Below, one piece after another: positions 46,209 to 56,068 of a stretch of DNA of 64,000 nucleotides. The translations under genes and the position numbers were made by a program. The stretch is from Chitinophagales bacterium (GTDB lineage Bacteria > Bacteroidota > Bacteroidia > Chitinophagales > JADIYW01), in assembly GCA_046329775.1 (NCBI GenBank), contig JAXLTX010000003.1, positions 507,153 through 571,152 of the forward strand, in the 5' to 3' direction. Position 1 is the first letter of the stretch, and each line of letters starts with the position of its first letter. Below the pieces are notes generated by a model. It saw only the letters and a list, made by a program, of their open reading frames with translations. It was not told where the DNA came from and searched no databases.

Positions 46209-47231
46209 ATGCAAAACAATCAATTAAATCTCTGGATCAGGATCGCAGTGGCAATTTGCGGACTTGCTTTATTTGCAGTCTTATTCTTACCCATCTGGAG
46301 AATCGACCTCGCCGCACCGCAATATCCGGAAGGGCTACGCATGCTGATTTATGCCAATAAACTGGGCGGAGATGTAGAAATCATCAATGGACTCAACCAC
46401 TATATCGGGATGAAAACCTTGCATGCGGAAGATTTTATAGAATTCAGTGTATTAACCTATATTATAGGTGTCTATGCCTTATTATTTCTTATTGTTGCAG
46501 CTATCGGAAACAGAAAATTATTATATGCCATGTTCGGACTGTTTGCCGCTTTCGGCGTTCTGGCCATGGTGGATTTCTGGCGATGGGAATACAACTACGG
46601 ACACAACCTTGACCCTAAAGCAGCCATTGTCGTTCCCGGAATGGCTTATCAGCCGCCGCTCATCGGTTTCAAACAACTGCTTAATTTCGGTGCATACTCC
46701 ATTCCGGATATCGGCGGATGGATCTTCATCGGAGTCGGTGTCATACTGATAGTTTGTGTAATCATCGAAGCGAGGGGTACAATTAAATTGAAAAAATCAG
46801 GCTCCCTGACTACAGTAATATTGGGTCTCCTGACACTCACCCTATTCTCTTCCTGTTCGGCACAACCCAAACCGGTAAGGATAGGAATTGACCAGTGCGA
46901 CCACTGCAAGATGACTGTCAGCGACGCACGTTTTCCGGCAGAGATTCTTACCAAAAAAGGTAAAATCTATATTCTGGATGACATCCATTGTGTGCTTGGA
47001 CTTCTGAAAGAAAAACCGGAAATAAAAAAAGAGATAAAAGATATCTTTCTGAGTGATTACACGGGAAATCATTCCTTCATTAATGCTTCCGCTGCACATC
47101 TGATAAAAAGCGTTGAGCTAAGAAGTCCGATGGGCGGCAATATCGCTGCGTTCTCCAACATAGACAGCATGAATATTGTAATGGAAACATTTAAAGCGGA
47201 AAGCGTTATATGGAATGACATCATTCAATGA
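46209..47231 (+). CDS. nosL: NosB-like membrane domain fused to NosL copper chaperone
   Basis: WRIDLAAPQYPEGL, NGLNHYIGMK, YGHNLDP N-terminal domain; CDHCKM and SPMGGN NosL motifs. Start set at 46209. Confidence 0.85.
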   Translation: MQNNQLNLWIRIAVAICGLALFAVLFLPIWRIDLAAPQYPEGLRMLIYANKLGGDVEIINGLNHYIGMKTLHAEDFIEFSVLTYIIGVYALLFLIVAAIGNRKLLYAMFGLFAAFGVLAMVDFWRWEYNYGHNLDPKAAIVVPGMAYQPPLIGFKQLLNFGAYSIPDIGGWIFIGVGVILIVCVIIEARGTIKLKKSGSLTTVILGLLTLTLFSSCSAQPKPVRIGIDQCDHCKMTVSDARFPAEILTKKGKIYILDDIHCVLGLLKEKPEIKKEIKDIFLSDYTGNHSFINASAAHLIKSVELRSPMGGNIAAFSNIDSMNIVMETFKAESVIWNDIIQ

Positions 47232-48463
47232 TTCTCATGAAAATTCTGATTCGATATATAACACTCCTCTTCATTCTGCCGGCATTTGGTGCATCTTATC
47301 AGGTTGACATAAAACATAGCAGCATTCAGCAAGTGATTGACAGATCTTCAGATGGCGATACCATATGGGTGCCAGCAGGAACATATCATGAAAGGAATCT
47401 CCTCATCAATAAAGCCATTACATTGAAAGGAATCGACCATCCGACACTGGACGGCGAAAGCAAATATGAAATCATCTCTATAAAATCCAATCATGTAACT
47501 ATTGATGGATTCAAGATCATACACTCAGGAAGAGGAACTCTGGAAGATCCTGCCGGCATCAAGATTTATGACGGAAGAAACGTGACCATCATCAATAATA
47601 TCCTGGAAGATAATTTCTTCGGCATTTATACGCAATACGGAAAAAACTGTGTCATCAAGAATAACACCTTAAAGTCTTTTGCTGTGGCAGAGCAACAAAT
47701 CGGCAACGGTATCCATTGCTGGAAGTGCGACAGTATGCAGATTATCGGCAATAAGATTAGCGGACACCGGGATGGCATCTACTTTGAATTTGTCACCAAT
47801 TCCATCATATGGAGAAACATCTCCACCAAAAACATACGTTACGGCTTGCATTTCATGTTCTCCAACAACGACGCCTACATCACCAATGTATTCAAGAATA
47901 ATGGCGCCGGTGTCGCCGTTATGTTTACACATGGCGTGAAGATGTTCAACAACCTTTTTGAAGAAAACTGGGGTGATGCCGCGTACGGTTTACTGTTGAA
48001 AGAAATTTCGGACAGCTACATGGATGGCAACCGTTTTATCAAAAATACCAGCGGAATATTTATGGAAGGTGTCAGCCGCGTACAGATGCAGGATAATCTC
48101 TTCCAGAACAACGGTTGGGCCATGAAGGTCCAGGCCAGTTGCATGGACATCACGGTGACCAGAAATAATTTCATCAGCAATACCTTTGACGTAGGCACGA
48201 ACGGTTCTCTGGTTCTGAACACCTTCAACGGCAACTATTGGGATAAATACGAAGGCTATGATCTGAATAAAGACAAACTCGGAGACGTTCCCTTCAGACC
48301 TGTCAGCCTTTTTTCCATGATTCTGGAAAAAATGCCGCCTGCCATGATGCTGTTCCGGAGTTTCATGGTGACCATCCTGGATAAGACAGAAAAGATAATC
48401 CCGAGCATCACACCGGAAAACCTGAAAGACGACTCCCCATTAATGAAAGCGCTACCCTTATGA
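47228..48463 (+). CDS. nosD: Nitrous-oxide reductase maturation protein NosD
   Basis: Beta-helix repeats; GNGIHCW, HRDGIYFEF, RYGLHFMFS, GNYWD. Confidence 0.95.
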   Translation: MILMKILIRYITLLFILPAFGASYQVDIKHSSIQQVIDRSSDGDTIWVPAGTYHERNLLINKAITLKGIDHPTLDGESKYEIISIKSNHVTIDGFKIIHSGRGTLEDPAGIKIYDGRNVTIINNILEDNFFGIYTQYGKNCVIKNNTLKSFAVAEQQIGNGIHCWKCDSMQIIGNKISGHRDGIYFEFVTNSIIWRNISTKNIRYGLHFMFSNNDAYITNVFKNNGAGVAVMFTHGVKMFNNLFEENWGDAAYGLLLKEISDSYMDGNRFIKNTSGIFMEGVSRVQMQDNLFQNNGWAMKVQASCMDITVTRNNFISNTFDVGTNGSLVLNTFNGNYWDKYEGYDLNKDKLGDVPFRPVSLFSMILEKMPPAMMLFRSFMVTILDKTEKIIPSITPENLKDDSPLMKALPL

Positions 48464-49173
48464 TCACCGTATCAAATGTGATAAAGAAATTTGGCAAACT
48501 GGCCGCGCTCGATGACGTTTCCATCGACTGCAAGAGCACGGAATGCATTGCCCTGATTGGGCCGAACGGCAGCGGAAAGACCACGCTGATCAAAAGCATA
48601 CTGGGCATGGTGGTTCCTGACAAAGGCACCATCCTGTTCAATGAAAGAAATATTGCAAACGACTGGACATACCGCAGCCAAATCGGCTATATGCCGCAAA
48701 TCGGAAGATACCCCGAAAACATGACCATAGGACAGGTATTCGAAATGATGAAAAGCATCCGGAAAGATGATGATACGCAGCTGGATGAAGAATTATATGT
48801 TGAATTCGGATTGGATAAGCTATCCGACAAAAGGATGGGTACCTTGTCCGGCGGAACCCGGCAGAAAGTGAGCGCCACGCTTGCCTTCATGTTCAATCCG
48901 GATGTGTTGATACTCGACGAACCCACGGCTGGTTTGGACCCCGTGTCTTCTGAAATCCTTAAGGAAAAAATCATCCGTGAAAAAGAGAAAGGGAAACTGG
49001 TACTCGTCACCTCCCACATCCTGAGTGAACTGGATGACCTGGTGACGCATGTCATCTTTATGCAGGACGGGAAACTGAAATTCCATAAATCCATAGAAGC
49101 ATTGCGTAACGAAACGGGAGAAGTAAAATTATCTAAGGCGATTGCCAGCATCATGTTAAACGCAGCACATTGA
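48460..49173 (+). CDS. nosF: ABC transporter ATPase NosF
   Basis: GPNGSGKT, LSGG, ILDEP; located between nosD and nosY. Confidence 0.93.
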   Translation: MITVSNVIKKFGKLAALDDVSIDCKSTECIALIGPNGSGKTTLIKSILGMVVPDKGTILFNERNIANDWTYRSQIGYMPQIGRYPENMTIGQVFEMMKSIRKDDDTQLDEELYVEFGLDKLSDKRMGTLSGGTRQKVSATLAFMFNPDVLILDEPTAGLDPVSSEILKEKIIREKEKGKLVLVTSHILSELDDLVTHVIFMQDGKLKFHKSIEALRNETGEVKLSKAIASIMLNAAH

Positions 49174-49937
49174 AAAAGATTATAAAATTTGTCATCATCG
49201 ATATCCTCAGAAATAAGATTGTTCTGGTGTATACTTTATTCCTGCTGATTACCTCCTTAAGTGTCTTTAATCTGGAAGACAATACTGCCAAAGGGCTGTT
49301 GAGTTTACTGAACCTCATCCTGTTTATTGTCCCTTTGGTTTCCATCATTTTTTCCACCATTTACATCTACAACAGCGCGGAATTCATTGAACTCCTCGTC
49401 AGCCAGCCGCTGCAACGCAAGAACATCTGGTTGAGCCTGTTTTTCGGACTTGCCGGCTCCATGGTGCTGGCGTTCTTCATCGGCGCAGGCATCCCGATAT
49501 TGCTGTATGAGGCATCCCCCACCGGTCTGATGATGCTGGGCATAGGATGCATCATTACCGTCATCTTCGTGGCCATCGCATTTCTTACGACGGTGAACAC
49601 GCGGGATAAGGCAAAAGGAATCGGCACCGCAATCTTGTTGTGGCTGTATTTCGCCCTGCTGTTTGACGGTCTCGTTCTGTTCATCCTGTTCCAGTTCTCC
49701 GACTATCCGCTGGAAAAGGCGGTGGTCGTCATCAGTGCCCTCAATCCAATTGACCTCGGAAGAATACTGATCCTGTTGCGGCTGGATGTATCCGCACTGA
49801 TGGGTTACACCGGTGCCGTGTTCAAGGATTTTTTCGGCACCAATGTGGGACTCGTTGTCGCCTTTACAACGCTGCTGCTCTGGTGTGTACTTCCTATAGG
49901 ATTATCTGTTCTCAAATTCAGAAAAAAAGACTTATGA
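49170..49937 (+). CDS. nosY: ABC transporter permease NosY
   Basis: Six-TM ABC-2 type; SQPLQR, NPIDLGR; TTG start overlapping nosF. Confidence 0.9.
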   Translation: MKKIIKFVIIDILRNKIVLVYTLFLLITSLSVFNLEDNTAKGLLSLLNLILFIVPLVSIIFSTIYIYNSAEFIELLVSQPLQRKNIWLSLFFGLAGSMVLAFFIGAGIPILLYEASPTGLMMLGIGCIITVIFVAIAFLTTVNTRDKAKGIGTAILLWLYFALLFDGLVLFILFQFSDYPLEKAVVVISALNPIDLGRILILLRLDVSALMGYTGAVFKDFFGTNVGLVVAFTTLLLWCVLPIGLSVLKFRKKDL

Positions 49938-49984
49938 TGAAATTTTATCTGCACGCCGTGCGATGAATTTAAAAATGAATATCT

Positions 49985-50359
49985 ATGAAAAAGGATATTA
50001 AAAACAGGGCCGATATCGAATTGTTAGTGGATACCTTCTACGACAGGGTCAGGAATGACAAAATCATCGGTTATTTCTTTACAGATATTGTAAATATGAA
50101 CTGGAAAAAACATCTGCCGGCCATGTACAATTTCTGGGAGAACATCGTCTTCTTTACGGGAAATTATGAAGGCAATCCTTTAACCCTGCATCAGCACCTC
50201 AACAGGATTACCAATATTAACAAGAAGCATTTCAACCGATGGAACAAACTGTTCATCGCCACTACCGATGAATTATTCGAGGGAGAGAAGGCCACATTGC
50301 TGAAAAACAAAGCAATCAGCATCTCTTCAGTGATACAAAAGAATCTTTTCAAAAAATAA
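49985..50359 (+). CDS. Group III truncated hemoglobin
   Basis: DIELLVDTFYDRVR, HLPAMYNFWE, Y.GNP...H, HFNRWNKLF..T.DELFEG. Confidence 0.9.
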   Translation: MKKDIKNRADIELLVDTFYDRVRNDKIIGYFFTDIVNMNWKKHLPAMYNFWENIVFFTGNYEGNPLTLHQHLNRITNINKKHFNRWNKLFIATTDELFEGEKATLLKNKAISISSVIQKNLFKK

Positions 50360-50387
50360 AATTTTCAAAACCTTAAAAACAACTCCA

Positions 50388-51119
50388 ATGGATACACAAA
50401 ATAAGACAATAGGCGAAATGGTAGCGCAAGACTACCGCACAGCAGCTGTTTTCAAAAAACATAAGATTGATTTCTGTTGCAAAGGCAACCGCAGCATCCA
50501 GCAGGTATGTGAAGAAAAGAAACTGGATGTCAACATGCTCACAGAAGAATTGGATTCCGTGACGAAACCCATGGAGAGCAATGTGATTGACTTCAACTCC
50601 TGGCCAATGGATCTGCTGACAGATTATATCGAAAAGAAGCACCACCGTTATGTGGAAGAGAACATTCCTGTACTCCTGCAATACCTGAATAAATTATGTA
50701 AGGTGCATGGACCACAACACCCCGAATTGTTTGAAATCAACAGGGAATTCAACGAATGCGCAGGCGCACTGAGCGCTCACATGAAAAAGGAGGAACTCGT
50801 ATTGTTTCCCTATATCCGCAAGATGGTGAAGACCATGCTTGCACGTCAGGAAATGGGACAGGCACCGTTTGGCACCGTTGAAAACCCCATCCACATGATG
50901 ATGCACGAACACGACACGGAAGGCGAACGCTTCAGGAGAATCGCCCTGCTGAGCAATGACTATACGCCGCCGGCAGATGCCTGCAATACCTACCGGGTGG
51001 CCTACAACCTGCTGAAGGAATTTGAGAATGATCTGCATACCCACATTCACCTGGAAAACAACATCCTTTTCCCGAAAGCGGTAAAAACTGAATCTTTACT
51101 TAACACATCTGTCGCCTGA
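50388..51119 (+). CDS. ric: Iron-sulfur cluster repair di-iron protein (RIC/YtfE/ScdA)
   Basis: IDFCCKG, HHRYV, HMKKEE.VLFP, MMHEHD, HIHLENNILFP. Confidence 0.95.
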   Translation: MDTQNKTIGEMVAQDYRTAAVFKKHKIDFCCKGNRSIQQVCEEKKLDVNMLTEELDSVTKPMESNVIDFNSWPMDLLTDYIEKKHHRYVEENIPVLLQYLNKLCKVHGPQHPELFEINREFNECAGALSAHMKKEELVLFPYIRKMVKTMLARQEMGQAPFGTVENPIHMMMHEHDTEGERFRRIALLSNDYTPPADACNTYRVAYNLLKEFENDLHTHIHLENNILFPKAVKTESLLNTSVA

Positions 51120-51172
51120 AATCATTAAATTCAATGTTGATATGTCTTCACTATCCAACCTAAAACATCCTT

Positions 51173-52897
51173 ATGAACGGTGGTGAAATCATTGCTAAAG
51201 TCTTGCAGAATCACGGAGTCAAATTTTTATTTACCCTTTGTGGCGGACACATCTCCCCTATTTTTGTCAGTGCAGAAAACCTGGGTATCCGCGTTATTGA
51301 TACCAGACATGAAGTGAATGCCGTGTTTGCGGCGGATGCAGTGTCGCGCTTGACAGGTGTTCCCGGTGTTGCAGCGGTGACTGCCGGCCCCGGATTGACA
51401 AACACCATTACGGCGGTAAAGAATGCATATCTCGCACAGTCACCCTTGATATTATTGGGTGGCGGGGCGGCGACCATTTTAAAAGGCAGGGGATCTCTCC
51501 AGGATATCGACCAGATGAGCATGATGAAACCGAACGTAAAATGGGCCGCTCGCATCACCAAAGTGAAAGATATTATCCCCACCCTGGAAAAGGCATTTGC
51601 CGTAGCACAGGACGGCATTCCCGGACCTGTCTTTGTAGAATGTCCGATTGATACCCTCTACAACGAAGAATTGGTGCGGGAATGGTATGGCGCAAAAAGC
51701 AAAGATGTTCCGCCACGCAACATGCAGGAACGCGTCATACAGTGGTATATCAACCGGCATGCGAGAAAACTGTTTGAAGGAAAAGACAATGTTCAGTTCA
51801 ATCAACCTCACTCGTTTTCAACGCCCTCACACAATTCTTCCGATGTTGAGAAAGTGATTTCCAGGCTAAAACAGGCTAAGAGCCCTCTGATGCTGGTGGG
51901 CAGCGGCGCCATGATGCAGCCGCACAAAGCAGATGAACTGGCGAAAGCCGTACTGCAATTAGGCATTCCCGTCTACCTCAGCGGTATGGGACGTGGATTG
52001 CTTGGCAAAGACCATCCATTGCAGATGCGCCACAAACGCAAGGAAGCCATCAAGGAAGCTGATTTAATAATACTCGCCGGTGTTCCCAATGACTTCCGTT
52101 TGGATTATGGCAACCACATTGGGCATCGTCCCTTTGTTTCCATCAATCGCAGCAGGGAGGATTTGAATAAGAACAAAAGGCCTAGCCTTGGCATACTGGC
52201 AGACCCGCAGAATTTTCTGATAGACCTGGCAAAAAAATACAGCGGCAATTATTCCGAATGGATGCAAAAATTGCGCAGCAATGACAATGCACGCGAAAAG
52301 CATATTGACGAACAGGCTGCAAATGACCTGAACGGCATCAATCCGGTTAAATTGTTCAGGGCTTTGGATACGATACTTGACCACAATACCATCTTAGTGG
52401 CAGACGGCGGCGACTTTGTGGCCACATCCGCCTACACCTTAAAGCCGCGTGCACCACTTTCCTGGCTCGACCCGGGCGTATTCGGCACACTGGGAGTCGG
52501 CGCCGGTTTTGCATTGGGCGCCAAACTGGTGTTTCCTGAAAAAGATGTCTGGATCATATACGGCGATGGTAGTGCCGGATATAGCTTAGTGGAATACGAC
52601 ACATTTGTAAGACATAAGCTGCCGGTCATTTCCCTCATCGGAAACGATGCCTGCTGGGCTCAGATAGCAAGAGATCAGGTGGATTTTTTAAAGAGTGACT
52701 GTGCGGTTCAACTGGAACATTCCAATTATGAAATGATCGGCAAGGCATTCGGGGCGGAGGGTGTCCGTGTGGAAAATCAGGCGGCATTTGAAACCGCTGC
52801 GAAAGAAGCAAAAGAAAAAAGCAGAAACGGCATTCCGTATATCATCAACGCCATCATAGGTAAATCAGATTTTAGAAAAGGGTCCATTTCCATGTAA
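51173..52897 (+). CDS. ThDP-dependent enzyme, ILVBL/HACL2-like (putative 2-hydroxyacyl-CoA lyase)
   Basis: [52 protein letters not shown]...ND ThDP motif; motif wording follows the ILVBL lineage rather than IlvB. Confidence 0.8.
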   Translation: MNGGEIIAKVLQNHGVKFLFTLCGGHISPIFVSAENLGIRVIDTRHEVNAVFAADAVSRLTGVPGVAAVTAGPGLTNTITAVKNAYLAQSPLILLGGGAATILKGRGSLQDIDQMSMMKPNVKWAARITKVKDIIPTLEKAFAVAQDGIPGPVFVECPIDTLYNEELVREWYGAKSKDVPPRNMQERVIQWYINRHARKLFEGKDNVQFNQPHSFSTPSHNSSDVEKVISRLKQAKSPLMLVGSGAMMQPHKADELAKAVLQLGIPVYLSGMGRGLLGKDHPLQMRHKRKEAIKEADLIILAGVPNDFRLDYGNHIGHRPFVSINRSREDLNKNKRPSLGILADPQNFLIDLAKKYSGNYSEWMQKLRSNDNAREKHIDEQAANDLNGINPVKLFRALDTILDHNTILVADGGDFVATSAYTLKPRAPLSWLDPGVFGTLGVGAGFALGAKLVFPEKDVWIIYGDGSAGYSLVEYDTFVRHKLPVISLIGNDACWAQIARDQVDFLKSDCAVQLEHSNYEMIGKAFGAEGVRVENQAAFETAAKEAKEKSRNGIPYIINAIIGKSDFRKGSISM

Positions 52898-52907
52898 AAA
52901 AAATAAG

Positions 52908-53459
52908 ATGACAACATCAGGGTTATTACAAAAAGAAAATACGGCATTAATAGTCATAGATGTGCAGGAAAGACTGATGCCCGTCATACACCACAGCGAA
53001 CAGATTTTTGCAAATGTCAATCGACTGATTAAAGGCGCGGAGGTGCTGCATATTCCGCTGCTGGTGACGGAACAATACCCGAAAGGATTGGGAAATACCT
53101 GTAAGGAAATTGAATTGCCGGAAAATACCGATACCATAGAAAAGATGTGTTTCAGTTGCATGCAATCGGATGAAGTTCTGCAACAGCTAAAACAATTGAA
53201 TCTACGTTCTCTTATCCTATGCGGAGTGGAATCGCATATATGCGTATTTAAAACAGCCTTAGAGGCATTGGAAAAAGGATTTGAAGTACATGTGGTGGCA
53301 GATGCGGTCTCCTCCAGAACCCCTGAAAATAAGGCAATAGCACTTGAGAGGCTCCGGCAATCTGGCGTCTTTATCGTTTCCACGGAAATGGTTCTATTCC
53401 AGCTACTGGATGAAGCCGGCACAGATACGTTTAAAGCCATCAGCAAAATCATCAAATAA
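52908..53459 (+). CDS. Isochorismatase-family hydrolase (YcaC/ISOC-like)
   Basis: IDVQERL, TEQYPKGLG, K.CFS, GVESHICV, DAVSSR. Confidence 0.9.
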   Translation: MTTSGLLQKENTALIVIDVQERLMPVIHHSEQIFANVNRLIKGAEVLHIPLLVTEQYPKGLGNTCKEIELPENTDTIEKMCFSCMQSDEVLQQLKQLNLRSLILCGVESHICVFKTALEALEKGFEVHVVADAVSSRTPENKAIALERLRQSGVFIVSTEMVLFQLLDEAGTDTFKAISKIIK

Positions 53460-53467
53460 ACTCGCAC

Positions 53468-55237
53468 ATGGAAGCCAGATGTCTTTTTGATTTGTTAACG
53501 ATACAGAAAGAAAGGAATCCAGACAAGCCTTTTCTCTCTTCCAAAGAAAACAAGAAATGGGTCACTCATTCTTTTGCTCAAGTACAGCAGATGGCGGACC
53601 GTGTTAGCCAACTCCTGTTGAATCTGGGATTGAAGAAGGGAGACACCATTGCCCTCATTTCCACCAACCGTCCGGAATGGAATTTCATAGACCTGGGCGC
53701 ACAACAGACCGGCATCATTGTTGTGCCGATGTATCCGACGATTTCTGAAAAGGATTATGAATATATCTTTCAGGATGCCGCCATCAGCTATGCATTCGTG
53801 AGCGATGAAGACATCTACCATAAGGTGGAACCATTGCTGAAAAAGATACCTTCATTTAAGGATGTGTATGCATTCGACGAGATTCCGATGGTAAAGAAAC
53901 TTTCGGAAATGCTTCCTGCACAGGCTGATGCGGCAGCCATCCATTCTGTAAAAGAAACGGTAGCGGAAGCGGATATCGCCACCATCATCTATACTTCCGG
54001 CACCACCGGAAATCCCAAAGGCGTGATGCTGACCCACAATAACATCGTAAGCAACATCAAAGGCGTGAAAGAAGTGACACCCTTTGGCGAAGGAGAAAAG
54101 GCTTTGAGTTTTCTTCCCTTATGCCACAGTTTTGAGCGCATGGTCTTTTACGCCTATCTTTCTTATGGCATACACATCCACTATGCAGAAAACCTGGAAA
54201 CCATCGGCGAAAACCTGCTGGAGGTGAAACCCTACTGTTTCACCACAGTGCCGCGCATGCTGGAAAAGGTATACGACAAGATCATTGCCAAAGGCACCGA
54301 TTTGACGGGCATCAAAAAGAAATTATTTTTCTGGGCCGTGGAAGTGGGTGCCGAATATGAAATCGGTAAAGAGAGGAATTGGTGGTATGAAAAGAAATTG
54401 GCACTTGCACGAAAGCTCATCTTCAGCAAATGGAAAGAAGCACTCGGCGGCAATGTGCATTTCATCATTACCGGCGCGGCTGCCATGCAACCGCGGCTCA
54501 TCACCCTCTTTACCGCAGCAGGCATTGACATCATTGAGGGATACGGTCTGACGGAAACATCTCCGGTTTTATGCAGCAACCGCATTGAAGAGAAACAGCG
54601 CTGCATAGGCACGGTGGGCATGCCTTTGCCGAATGTGATTATTGAACTGGCGGATGACGGAGAGATATTGGCAAAAGGTCCGAATATCATGAAAGGATAC
54701 TATCATCAGCAAGCCTTCACCGAGGAGGTGATTGATGCGAACGGCTGGTTCCATACCGGCGATATCGGGACCTGGGTTTCACAAAACGGATATCAGTTCT
54801 TAAAGATCACAGACCGAAAAAAGGAATTATTCAAGACCGCAGGCGGAAAATATGTGGCGCCTCAGGTGATTGAAAACAAGATGAAAGAGAGTCCTTACAT
54901 AGAGCAAATCATGATAGTGGGAGGCGATGACAAAAAATTCGTATCGGCACTGATAGTACCTTCCTTCCTGCAAGTGACCTCATGGGCAAAACAAAACGGT
55001 TTATCGTTTAAGACGACTCAGGAACTTGTCTCCAATAAGAAGATACACGACCTGATCCACAAAGACGTCCACAAATTCAATCATGATTTCGGACACTGGG
55101 AACAGGTTAAAAAGTTTGTATTGCTGCCGGAAGAATGGTCGGTGGAAAGCGGTGAACTGACACCTACCATGAAACCCAAACGCAAAGTCATCAATGAACG
55201 TTATAAGGCCGTCATTGAAAGCATGTATCACGTATGA
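53468..55237 (+). CDS. fadD: Long-chain fatty acid-CoA ligase
   Basis: YTSGTTGNPKG, FLPLCHSFER, EGYGLTETSP, TGDIG, DRKKELFKTAGGKYVAP, ELTPTMK. Confidence 0.92.
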   Translation: MEARCLFDLLTIQKERNPDKPFLSSKENKKWVTHSFAQVQQMADRVSQLLLNLGLKKGDTIALISTNRPEWNFIDLGAQQTGIIVVPMYPTISEKDYEYIFQDAAISYAFVSDEDIYHKVEPLLKKIPSFKDVYAFDEIPMVKKLSEMLPAQADAAAIHSVKETVAEADIATIIYTSGTTGNPKGVMLTHNNIVSNIKGVKEVTPFGEGEKALSFLPLCHSFERMVFYAYLSYGIHIHYAENLETIGENLLEVKPYCFTTVPRMLEKVYDKIIAKGTDLTGIKKKLFFWAVEVGAEYEIGKERNWWYEKKLALARKLIFSKWKEALGGNVHFIITGAAAMQPRLITLFTAAGIDIIEGYGLTETSPVLCSNRIEEKQRCIGTVGMPLPNVIIELADDGEILAKGPNIMKGYYHQQAFTEEVIDANGWFHTGDIGTWVSQNGYQFLKITDRKKELFKTAGGKYVAPQVIENKMKESPYIEQIMIVGGDDKKFVSALIVPSFLQVTSWAKQNGLSFKTTQELVSNKKIHDLIHKDVHKFNHDFGHWEQVKKFVLLPEEWSVESGELTPTMKPKRKVINERYKAVIESMYHV

Positions 55238-55253
55238 ACACCATGAATAATAA

Positions 55254-55283
55254 CAAACGCCGAAGAAATCTCTTCGGCGTTTG
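55254..55283. terminator. Bidirectional terminator
   Basis: 13-bp stem CAAACGCCGAAGA-aatc-TCTTCGGCGTTTG. Confidence 0.85.
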
Positions 55284-55305
55284 CTAATTAAACCAATCTT
55301 AAATC

Positions 55306-55872
55306 TTATTTTGCCGGTGGGAGCAACACACCGTCTATTACATGGATGATTCCGTTGCTGGCCGGAATGGAGGCAACAATCATTGCCGTTCCGTTGAGCA
55401 TAATTTTTCCGTCTTTCTTGCTGACCTTCACATTACCGCCATTCACCATTCCGAGTGACTGACCATCCTGCAATGATTCAGCACTTAAAGAACCTACGTA
55501 AACATGATACTGAAGAATATCAGCCAGGTCGTTCTTCTTTTCAGGTTTCAATAATCCCTCTACCGTACCGGCAGGTAATTTATCAAAAGCGGCATTGGTA
55601 GGTGCAAATACGGTAAAAGGTCCGGCATTGCTTAAGGCATCAACCAATTCTGCCGCTTTGACGGCCGTTACCAGCGTCGTGTGGTCTTTACTGCCTACTG
55701 CAACCTGTACCACATTCTTTGCAGATTCATCATCCAGCACCGCAGATTGTCCAGCACCCTGCTCCTGCTCGGTTGCATCAGATGTACCGCTATCTGCCGT
55801 GCCCTTGTTATTACAGGAAATCATCAGAAAGCTCATGCAAGCGGTTAATAAGATTATTACATTCTTTTTCAT
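55306..55872 (-). CDS. Fasciclin (FAS1) domain lipoprotein
   Basis: Lipobox MISC; TVFAPTNAAF (H1), ILQYHV, SNGIIHVIDGVL (H2). Start set at MKKNV. Confidence 0.92.
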   Translation of the reverse strand: MKKNVIILLTACMSFLMISCNNKGTADSGTSDATEQEQGAGQSAVLDDESAKNVVQVAVGSKDHTTLVTAVKAAELVDALSNAGPFTVFAPTNAAFDKLPAGTVEGLLKPEKKNDLADILQYHVYVGSLSAESLQDGQSLGMVNGGNVKVSKKDGKIMLNGTAMIVASIPASNGIIHVIDGVLLPPAK

Positions 55873-55907
55873 AATGGTGTGTTTTGACATTTAAAAATAA
55901 ATACATA

Positions 55908-55983
55908 CAATACTACCATTATTGTCAAAAGATATTTATGCGTGGAATCATACTTTTCCGGAAATAAAGATGACAGTTATCAG
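55908..55983 (-). promoter_or_regulatory. Two Crp/Fnr-like boxes (55938-55951, 55970-55983) plus -7-like TAGTATTG (55908-55915)
   Basis: ATGCG-TGGA-ATCAT and ATGAC-AGTT-ATCAG; the proximal box is again 22 nt from the -7-like element. Confidence 0.6.
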
Positions 55984-56032
55984 GGTTTTTAAAATTACAG
56001 GATGAAAGATATTCGAAAAGTGGTAAAATAAA

Positions 56033-56060
56033 AAAGCCCCACATTGCTGTGAGGCTTTTC
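56033..56060 (-). terminator. Terminator after tRNA pair
   Basis: AAGCCTCAC-agcaat-GTGGGGCTT (G-U pair) followed by a T-tract on the minus strand. Confidence 0.65.
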
Positions 56061-56068
56061 TTGGTTAG

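Noticed and set aside
51137-51150. FNR-like box upstream of the ThDP enzyme (TTGAT-ATGT-CTTCA)
   Set aside because: The right arm has too many mismatches and no -7 element lies at the 22-nt spacing.
51173-52897. Acetolactate synthase large subunit (ilvB)
   Set aside because: No regulatory subunit or ilv genes adjacent; motifs fit the ILVBL/HACL2 lineage better.
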